Assembly (NCBI GenBank): GCA_050250895.1 | Contig: JBFWNU010000001.1 | Location: 3,379,557 to 3,443,556 of the forward strand | Origin: Vulcanimicrobiota bacterium | GTDB lineage: Bacteria; Vulcanimicrobiota; Xenobia; Xenobiales; JADMJV01 | Direction: 5' to 3' | Length of the DNA stretch: 64,000 nucleotides | In this document: positions 57,901 to 64,000 of the stretch, in pieces | How the letters are laid out: each line of letters begins with the position of its first letter | Position numbering within the stretch: the first letter of the stretch is position 1 | Notes under the pieces: model-generated | What the model was told of the DNA's origin: nothing | Database searches by the model: none | What the model saw: only the letters and a program-made list of their open reading frames with translations | Translations under genes and position numbers: made by a program

Positions 57901-58118
57901 TCTTTACCAGCGGGGCTGAATTGGTGGACGGCACCAGGATTCGTCTGCCCTTCTCGGAGGTGCTCGACCACCGAGGTCAGCCCATGGAGATGAATCCCCG
58001 ACCCGTCGATGTGGCTGTCGACCGGCCCCTGGGCGAGAGCTATACCGACAGGGATGTGCAGCTCGAGACGGCAGTTTCGGAGCTGTTGAGCCAGATGGAC
58101 GCCACCAAAGACGCGTAG
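54951..58118 (+). CDS. Tricorn-like S41 peptidase with PD40 propellers and PDZ
   Basis: [WF]SPDG repeats; GELNASH; DVRNNNGG; catalytic SDGE. Confidence 0.93.
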   Translation: MNVQPYPSAGGKKSSRRAAKSSKSHPKKPSTPPKSDPASRPTFAEPSLSPDGKELVFVSGGDIWTAPSQGGEARLLLSDPATESRPLFSPDGQQLAFVSNRSGHANVYTLAVDTGQVKRLTYSDSNDSLEAWSPDGKYLYFSNGSQDIEGCRDIFRIPSGGGTPMPVSADRFTDEYFAAPSPTGEGLAFTGHGTGTHQWWRNGHSNLDRSQIYLHQDGDYQQLTDGDSKDMWPMWSPDGQNLYFVSDRSGTENIWVRSMEDDNPRQLTHFNAGRVLWPSIASDGKSIVFERDSKLYCMNTKSGRSHEVPITRRGAPASVAPERRDLSGELDSFTLSPDGKKVAFLAHGEVFAAPAGKGGPIHRVTASAAEEFGLVWSPDSQKLAYVSQRDGERHLYLYDFLTSHETQLTSAKAGDGNACFSPDGKNLAFVRQGKTLCSLNLANGKEKVLAEGLFGQPPFDMGRPIAWSPDSRWVAYRSSDENAFNNAWIVPAKGGESRQVSFLPNTFGDTLSWSPNGKFLLLDSSQRTEKSVLTRVDLVAPHATFAEDDFAALFKPEEAASKEPLTVEIDFAGVRERQRVGNLPIDIQSQTISPDGKLALLHGLSGGQSNLFLLPLEGDHRELVQLTSSPGWKQDAQFSPDQKQVYYRENGVIKTVSVEDRSTRTLDLSATIEVDFAKEKQAAFEQAWSYLRDQFYDPGMHGLDWEGLRNHYQPLITGAANPDEMRRQLALMMGELNASHLGVGAPAGGGQVVGRTGLDFERGEYEDSGRFKVSGVLAEGPAGLAGVKVGDVLTAVNGEPLEATTNLDQVLSHQVGRKVALTLESQGDTKEVVVAPVTAGQERNLRYREWVDSNRQKVEELSGGRLGYVHIADMSSGALEQLYQDLDATNQAREGIVIDVRNNNGGFVNAYALDVFARKGYLSMTNRDTPTAPARRLLGQRSLELPTILLTNRQTLSDGEDFSEGYRALKLGKVVGEPTSGWILFTSGAELVDGTRIRLPFSEVLDHRGQPMEMNPRPVDVAVDRPLGESYTDRDVQLETAVSELLSQMDATKDA

Positions 58119-58146
58119 CCAACGCACTCGGGAGGCTGCCTTCTCA

Positions 58147-58497
58147 TCATTGCGCGCTGTCTTGAGGGTGACACAGGCAATAGACTCGGCTCCAGTCATC
58201 GAAAACGTGCAGCCCCGCCGCTTCGATGGCCCGTCGCAGGCGGGGCCTGGCGCCCACGTCGGGTCGGTTGAGCTTGACGAAGCCCAGGCTCTTCAACATC
58301 TCGGCCGGGTTCTCCGGCCATTCTCGGGTGGGCACGATGACGACGCCCGGGTAGGCGTGCAGAGGGTGACCTTCTTCGGCAAAGGCCGACGCCACCCAGG
58401 GGAGGTCGGTAGGGTCCGAAGGTAGATAGGTCTCCTCCTTCTGATGAGATTGCACGCAAGGCTCCAGGCCGTCACGACCCAGTCGGTAGATGAACAA
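58147..58497 (-). CDS. Hypothetical protein
   Basis: 116-aa ORF; start uncertain. Confidence 0.45.
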   Translation of the reverse strand: MFIYRLGRDGLEPCVQSHQKEETYLPSDPTDLPWVASAFAEEGHPLHAYPGVVIVPTREWPENPAEMLKSLGFVKLNRPDVGARPRLRRAIEAAGLHVFDDWSRVYCLCHPQDSAQ

Positions 58498-58513
58498 GGT
58501 TTCAGGTCCTCAG

Positions 58514-58693
58514 TCAGTTATCGCTCGTGGATTGGGTTCGAGAGCCGTCGGCCACCAGAATGATGTCGAGGCGGCTCAACAGCCCGAGTTCGGATAGGTA
58601 GCTCGCCATCTCGGTGAGGTGAGCTTCTTCGTCGATCAACCCGTCAACTCGGGTCATGATTTCAAGATTCGCCAGTAGCTGTCTCCATTTCAT
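58514..58693 (-). CDS. Small hypothetical protein
   Basis: 59-aa ORF (MKWRQLLANLE...) filling the gap after the CBS gene. Confidence 0.4.
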   Translation of the reverse strand: MKWRQLLANLEIMTRVDGLIDEEAHLTEMASYLSELGLLSRLDIILVADGSRTQSTSDN

Positions 58694-58737
58694 GGGACTA
58701 TCCTGCCAGCATGCGTTCGACAAGCTGTCAACACTTC

Positions 58738-59349
58738 TTACACCTGGTGCCGGCGGAGTTGATACAGAAGTCTGGCCATGTCCAGAGTGGTGATGATGCC
58801 CGCAATCCGGTTGGCCTCGTCGGTCACGAGAATTCTGTGAAGACGAAACGAGGTCATTAGACGCAGCACATCCTCGACCGAGTCGCTCGGTCGCACTTTG
58901 AGCGGAAACTTTGTCATGACATCGCCTGCAGTCAGGCTCTCGACTCGTCTGCGGAAATCTGGTAGTGCGAGGGTGGTGACGAGGTCGGTTTGCGAGACGA
59001 CGCCTTTGAGGGTCCCATCCTCTGCGGTGACGGGGACCCCTGTGATCATCCTGCGTAGCAGGGCGCCCGCGAGTTGGGTCAACTTCATGGCGACCGGCAC
59101 ACAGAAGACATCGGTGGTCATGATGTCCTTGACCGTGAGGGTGCGCAACTCGAACTGCCCGAGCATCTCGGGCATCCACTCCAGATGCTCTGCCTCGAAT
59201 TCCAGAAAGAGTTCTCGGAGGGCTTCTCGATCTTGACTGGTTTCAGACCGGATGGTCTGGGCAAAGTCCGACACGAGCACCTGCCCCCGACTATCCAGTT
59301 CCTCAAAGCCCAGGATGCGGGCCATTTCTTCGGTATTCATCACGCCCAT
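58738..59349 (-). CDS. CBS domain pair protein
   Basis: VKDIMT..ITGVPV..GVVSQTDL; AGDVMT..GIITTLD. Confidence 0.9.
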   Translation of the reverse strand: MGVMNTEEMARILGFEELDSRGQVLVSDFAQTIRSETSQDREALRELFLEFEAEHLEWMPEMLGQFELRTLTVKDIMTTDVFCVPVAMKLTQLAGALLRRMITGVPVTAEDGTLKGVVSQTDLVTTLALPDFRRRVESLTAGDVMTKFPLKVRPSDSVEDVLRLMTSFRLHRILVTDEANRIAGIITTLDMARLLYQLRRHQV

Positions 59350-59434
59350 GCTGTTTGTCCCCGAAAGCTGATAGTTGCGAGGGTAGCTTAAGGGACTATC
59401 ATCAACAGGCGCTCAACAGAAACGATCTCCAGCG

Positions 59435-60397
59435 TCAGGCACAGACGAGGGCCAGGGCGGAAAAAAACTCGGCTTCGGTCTCGACCCTTTTGACCGCCTC
59501 GAAGTGGTGAAATTCGCCGAACCGGCTGGCCAGTTTCAGCCATTGCTTGAGGCGCTTGAGCCTTCGCGACTCAGAATAGCCCCCGTGGGCCAGGCTGTGC
59601 TCGATCAGGCCGTGCAAGAGGTGCCCCCAGCCAGGGTCGTGGCCTGGGCACGGCAGACCGAGGGCTCTCGCGACCTGCAAGGGTAGGGCCGGATTGGCCA
59701 GGGCCCCTCGCCCCAGCATGAAGTGGATGCAGCCGGTTTGCTCCTGGCAACGGTGAAAGTCGTCTAGAGTCCAGATGTCGCCGTTGGCGACCAGGGGAAT
59801 ATCCAGGGCCGCGCGCACCTCTCCCAGCGGCTTCCAATAGACCGGTGGAGTATAGCCCTGGGTGCGAGTGCGGGCATGGATGGTGAGCCACGAGGCGCCC
59901 CCTTCAGCCGCCATGGCCGCATTCTCGTAGACCTCGTCAATACAGTCCCAGCCAAGCCTCAGCTTGGCCGAGACGGGTATCTCGGCAGGCACGGCCGCCC
60001 GCACCGCCGAGACCACGGCCCGAATGCGCTGGGGGTGCTTGAGCAGCGTGGCTCCTCCGTCGTGGCGATTGACGGTGGGCGCCGGGCATCCGAAGTTGAT
60101 GTCGATCCCGTTAGCCCCGGCTCGGCAGGCGGTGGCGGCGGACTTTGCCATAGCCTCCGGCTCCCCGCCCAGCAGCTGGACTTGCACGGGTAACCCGGTC
60201 AGGGTGCGAGCTCCGTGTCTTAGCTCGGGCACGTGCCGCTCGAAGACCTTGCGGGGGATGGGCAGCTGAGTGACGCGCAAGAACTCGGTCACGGCAAAGG
60301 TGAAGGCGCCGCAAGCTCCCTGAAGAGAGCGCATGGGAGCGTCGGTGATGCCGTCCATCGGAGCCAGGACGAGAGCGGGCGTATCAGCTTTGAGCAT
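59435..60397 (-). CDS. tRNA-dihydrouridine synthase (DusC-like)
   Basis: LAPMDG, VQLLG, IDINFGCPAPTV, IHART, ANGDI, MLGRG. Confidence 0.93.
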   Translation of the reverse strand: MLKADTPALVLAPMDGITDAPMRSLQGACGAFTFAVTEFLRVTQLPIPRKVFERHVPELRHGARTLTGLPVQVQLLGGEPEAMAKSAATACRAGANGIDINFGCPAPTVNRHDGGATLLKHPQRIRAVVSAVRAAVPAEIPVSAKLRLGWDCIDEVYENAAMAAEGGASWLTIHARTRTQGYTPPVYWKPLGEVRAALDIPLVANGDIWTLDDFHRCQEQTGCIHFMLGRGALANPALPLQVARALGLPCPGHDPGWGHLLHGLIEHSLAHGGYSESRRLKRLKQWLKLASRFGEFHHFEAVKRVETEAEFFSALALVCA

Positions 60398-60435
60398 CGT
60401 CGGCCATCTTAGCCGTAAAAGCTCAGGACCGCAAG

Positions 60436-61863
60436 CTAGGCCAGGGCTAGCTGGCTCTGCATCAGCCGCAGGGTGGTTTCAGTCCGCTGCGGGCCGTGTT
60501 GGCGGCCCAATTCTTGCACCGAGCTCTCTCCATCCAGGGCCGCCGCGAGCCTGGCCTGGTCGCCCTCCAGACGCTGCATCAGGGGCCACCCACACTCGTG
60601 CACCAGAAAGGCGTGGCCTTCACGATGGTCGGTGTACATGCTCACCCCCGCTTGGAGGCTGGGCCGCCAGTCGGGGTCGGGCCAGCCCGGGTCGTGAGCC
60701 GCGACCAGCGCGTCAAGCCAGGCCTCGATGCGGGTCGAGCCCTGGCGGTTGAACAGGGGTAACTCGGCCAATATCGACCAGCCTGGTAACCCCGGTTGTA
60801 GGCGGCGTATGAAGACCAGACCTTGACAGAGTTGATGAATGCCCTGCTCGGTGTAGCTGTCCAGGTAGGCTCGGTATTCGGCGCAGAACTTGGGCCAGGG
60901 CAAATTCTTGTCGATGTGGCGGTCGATGTAGTGATGAAGGCTGTAGCGGGCCCGCTCGAGCACCGCGATGCCCCACCCCTCTTGTCCCCCCAGCCAGTCC
61001 TGCAGCCGCTCCAAGTAGGTCCCTGCCCGCATGATCGGATAATCGAGGACCATCACGAAGGTACCGTGGTCGGCCAGCCTTTCGGGCAGGCCCCTTACCA
61101 AGCGTTCCGAGACCATCTCGCCACTGGGTCCGCCGGTTCGATGCAGGGCCATGGTGGGGTTGGGGGTGGCCACGAAAGGCGGATTGGCGGTGATCAAATC
61201 AAAGCTCTGTCCGCTCACCGGCTGGTAGAGATCGCCCTCTACGAACTCGCAGTTGGACAGCCCGTTGAGCGCGGCGTTGAAGCGAGAATAGGCGAGGGCT
61301 CGAGGGTTGAGGTCGACGCCCACCACCCTCTCGGCGTGAAAGCCGGCCAGGATCGCATGCACGCCGGAGCCGGTGCAAAGATCCAGGACCCGGCCCACGG
61401 GCCGTCGCGGAGTCAGACGGAGCAGGCTGAAGCTGTCTGCTCCCAATTGATAGACGTGGCCTGGCTGGTTGCTTCCGGGCAGAAGGGCAGGGTCGGTCAC
61501 GATCAGGGCCTGCTCGACCGGATAGATATCGACCCTCGCTTTGAGGCCCCGCTGGTTTTCTTCGAGTAGCCCCAACTCCAGACCCAGCTCGACTAGCGCT
61601 CCGCCGAGGCACTCTTCCACCTCGGAGCGCCGCAGGCGTCGGCGAGCAAACCAAAGACCGGCCATCCTGGCCACCGAGGACTGGTCGCGGTCGAGAAGCC
61701 AGCTGAGCCCTGGCAAGATGCCCAGCTTCGCCATGGGTAACTCGTCGAGTTCGAGCAGGCGGCAGAGGGCTTCTTCACTGTAGCCGAGTCCCTGGAGTTT
61801 TTGGCGAAGGTCCGGAATGAGGGCCCTCTGTTGGGAAGTAGGGGGGTGTTCCAGCGGCCGCAT
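60436..61863 (-). CDS. Class I SAM-dependent methyltransferase (HemK/MTS-like)
   Basis: VLDLCTGSG, VDLNPRAL, NPPF. Confidence 0.88.
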   Translation of the reverse strand: MRPLEHPPTSQQRALIPDLRQKLQGLGYSEEALCRLLELDELPMAKLGILPGLSWLLDRDQSSVARMAGLWFARRRLRRSEVEECLGGALVELGLELGLLEENQRGLKARVDIYPVEQALIVTDPALLPGSNQPGHVYQLGADSFSLLRLTPRRPVGRVLDLCTGSGVHAILAGFHAERVVGVDLNPRALAYSRFNAALNGLSNCEFVEGDLYQPVSGQSFDLITANPPFVATPNPTMALHRTGGPSGEMVSERLVRGLPERLADHGTFVMVLDYPIMRAGTYLERLQDWLGGQEGWGIAVLERARYSLHHYIDRHIDKNLPWPKFCAEYRAYLDSYTEQGIHQLCQGLVFIRRLQPGLPGWSILAELPLFNRQGSTRIEAWLDALVAAHDPGWPDPDWRPSLQAGVSMYTDHREGHAFLVHECGWPLMQRLEGDQARLAAALDGESSVQELGRQHGPQRTETTLRLMQSQLALA

Positions 61864-61966
61864 GGAAGAGGGTTGGCGACATCCGACGGGGCTCCTCTAA
61901 TTACACCGGGGCGTCGCCCGGGACTTGGGCCGCCGGCCTGAGCAAGCAGTTGAGAGGTAGGACCCC

Positions 61967-62287
61967 ATGGACCGACTGGACTATTTTGAGGAGAACGGCT
62001 ATTTCGACGCACTGTCTGACGCTGAACTCGACGCTTTGCGAAAGGCCCGCGACGACTATGGCGAGATCAAAGGTGACCTGCAGGCCCTGGTCTCCAAATT
62101 GAAAGGCAAGGGCCCCGCTCTGGAATTGCTGTCGGAGTTCTTGCTGCACGCGGTGGACCGCGCGGTCGTGAAAGCCCACGCTGAATTCTGCTGCTGTCTC
62201 GAACTCAAGAACGACGAAGTGCGCAAGCTCAACGCTCGGATCGACGAGCTGGAATTGCGTTTGGCTCAGCTGCTCAAAAATCCGTGA
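61967..62287 (+). CDS. Hypothetical coiled-coil protein
   Basis: GAGG RBS; 106-aa ORF. Confidence 0.65.
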   Translation: MDRLDYFEENGYFDALSDAELDALRKARDDYGEIKGDLQALVSKLKGKGPALELLSEFLLHAVDRAVVKAHAEFCCCLELKNDEVRKLNARIDELELRLAQLLKNP

Positions 62288-63144
62288 TCGGCGAGTTGCC
62301 AGGCGGCCAGCTCATCGGCCAGGGCTAAGGCCGCAGGGCTGCGGCGCTGGCCCGTCGGCCAGGTCACCCAGAGGCGGTGGACGATGGCCACCGGCGGGCT
62401 GGCCACGATGGCCAGGCTGCCGGCGGCCAGGCGATCGAGCACACAAACCAGCGGGATGACCGTCGCCCCCAGGCCGGCCTCGGCCAACCGGATGGCTACC
62501 TCGAGTTGATTGGTCTCGGCCACGATGCGACGGGGATAGCCGCGCGTGGGCCAGCCGTCGATGGCTTCGCCGCTGCCTTCGGGCACCCGCGGCACGATAT
62601 AGCCGAAGTCTCGCCAGTGGCCCGGCTCGCACCCGGCGGCCACGATCACCGAGGGGGCGTCGGGACCAGGCTCGGCCTCGAGGCCAGCCCGGGTGGGGGG
62701 AGTGGCCACCACTCCGAAGTCGAGCTCGCCCGCCAACAAGCGCCGCTCCATGGCGTCGGGTTCCATGGCCAACAGCTGGGGGCGCACCCGCGGGTGGTCG
62801 GCCAACAAGCGGGCGCACACGGCCGGCAGAATATACTGGCAAACCGAGTTCGTTCCACCCACGGCTACCGGGCCCGCTGGCCTGGAGCGGTCGGGCGGAG
62901 CAACCCGCTCGGCCAGTTCGTCGAGGGCCGCCAGCAGATTCTTGGCTTCTGAGGCCAGGGCGCTGCCGGCCGGCGTCAGTCCGCGCAAGCGGCGGTCCCG
63001 CACGATCAACGGGCCGAGCTGGCCTTCGAGGTTGGCGATGGCTTTGCCCACCGCTTGCGGAGAGACGTGCAGATACTCGGCTGCCGCCTGAAAACTGCCG
63101 AACTCGATCGAGGCCAGGAAATACCTCAATCCGTCGATGCTCAA
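62266..63144 (-). CDS. LysR family transcriptional regulator
   Basis: LRYF....GSFQAAAEYLHVSPQAV...I.NLE..LG; TTG start inferred. Confidence 0.9.
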   Translation of the reverse strand: MSIDGLRYFLASIEFGSFQAAAEYLHVSPQAVGKAIANLEGQLGPLIVRDRRLRGLTPAGSALASEAKNLLAALDELAERVAPPDRSRPAGPVAVGGTNSVCQYILPAVCARLLADHPRVRPQLLAMEPDAMERRLLAGELDFGVVATPPTRAGLEAEPGPDAPSVIVAAGCEPGHWRDFGYIVPRVPEGSGEAIDGWPTRGYPRRIVAETNQLEVAIRLAEAGLGATVIPLVCVLDRLAAGSLAIVASPPVAIVHRLWVTWPTGQRRSPAALALADELAAWQLADHGFLSS

Positions 63145-63274
63145 ACTCGGAGAAGAGAGAAACTGGGCGCTTTTCACAACTAGAAGTTTCGATATTAGCC
63201 AAGAAAATACTGCTTGCCTCACATTGGCGCGATCGGATAGGCTCTGCCTGCAAATCGCAACCAAGGAGTCCCTC

Positions 63275-64000
63275 GTGCCCACTAAGATTCTGATGCTTAT
63301 CGGAACCCGCCCGGAAGCCATCAAGATGGCTCCCGTCTACCAGGCTCTGGCCGACGATCCACGCTTTGACGTGCGCCTGGTCTCGACCGGCCAACACGGC
63401 GACCTGCTAGCCCAGGCGCTGGCCACCTTCGGCCTTGTGCCCGACCTCGATCTCGGCCTGATGAGCCCCGGCCAGTCGCTGGGGCAATTGGTCGGCCGCA
63501 TGTTGTCGGCTCTCGACACCGTGTTTGAGCGAGAGGCTCCCGATCAGGTGCTAGTCCATGGCGACACGGCCACCGGCTTCGCCGGAGCTCTGGCCGCGTT
63601 CTACCGCGGCCTGCCGTGTGCCCATGTCGAGGCGGGCCTGCGCAGCTATCGGCTGGACGCCCCCTTCCCCGAGGAGTTCCATCGCCAGGTGGTGGCCAAG
63701 GCCGCCTCGCTGCACTTTGCCCCCACCGCCGAAGCAGCCGCCAACCTCGAAGCCGAGGGGGTCGACCCGGCCCGCATCGTCATCACCGGCAGCACCTCGG
63801 TGGATGCCGTAGCCAGCGTGTTGGCGCGCCGCCCGCCGCGGCAGAAATTGGTGGTGGTCACGGCCCATCGGCGCGAGAACGGCCGAGCCCTGGCCGGCAT
63901 CCTCACGGCCGTGGGCGAGTTGGCCCAACGCTATCCCGACCATCGCTTCGTCTTTCCTCTGCATCCCAACCCGGCCGTGCGGGCGGCGGTGGCCAGATAT
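63275..64000 (+). CDS. wecB: UDP-N-acetylglucosamine 2-epimerase, non-hydrolysing (3'-truncated)
   Basis: AAGGAG RBS; IGTRPEAIKMAPV, TGQH, VHGDT, HVEAGLRS, PFPEE, TAHRREN. Confidence 0.93.
   Translation, partial: MPTKILMLIGTRPEAIKMAPVYQALADDPRFDVRLVSTGQHGDLLAQALATFGLVPDLDLGLMSPGQSLGQLVGRMLSALDTVFEREAPDQVLVHGDTATGFAGALAAFYRGLPCAHVEAGLRSYRLDAPFPEEFHRQVVAKAASLHFAPTAEAAANLEAEGVDPARIVITGSTSVDAVASVLARRPPRQKLVVVTAHRRENGRALAGILTAVGELAQRYPDHRFVFPLHPNPAVRAAVARY

Noticed and set aside
58147-58693. Single gene split by a stop or frameshift
   Set aside because: The frames differ and both contain stops in the junction; no simple single-base fix is apparent.

Overview
This is a GC-rich bacterial window with about 55 protein-coding genes and no rRNA, tRNA, CRISPR array or recognisable mobile element. 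The orphan protein families suggest a poorly characterised lineage, possibly Eremiobacterota/Vulcanimicrobiota-like (inference only). The main result is an ~11.6 kb RiPP locus at 25345-36965. It contains two 46-aa paeninodin-type lasso-like precursors missing from the ORF track (36353-36493 and 36825-36965, minus strand), a stand-alone PqqD/RRE and an asparagine-synthetase-like cyclase. The tailoring set is unusually rich: a GT8 glycosyltransferase fused to an HPr-type kinase, two Asp/Asn beta-hydroxylases, a TIGR03032 protein, two sulfotransferases, a FAAL-ACP-acyltransferase tridomain protein and a B12-radical SAM enzyme. No leader peptidase (B2) or exporter is visible. The canonical leader alignment places the acceptor Asp at core position 10 in both peptides. 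Other content: FG-GAP and beta-propeller surface proteins, P450/GNAT, a split Ser/Thr kinase-GGDEF gene, a lipid operon, sodA, a large signal-transduction island (40117-54285) with two apparent frameshifts, tricorn protease, Dus, LysR and a partial wecB. There is also a candidate sRNA near 6.8 kb and an 11-bp-phased motif upstream of several harpin-like orphan genes.
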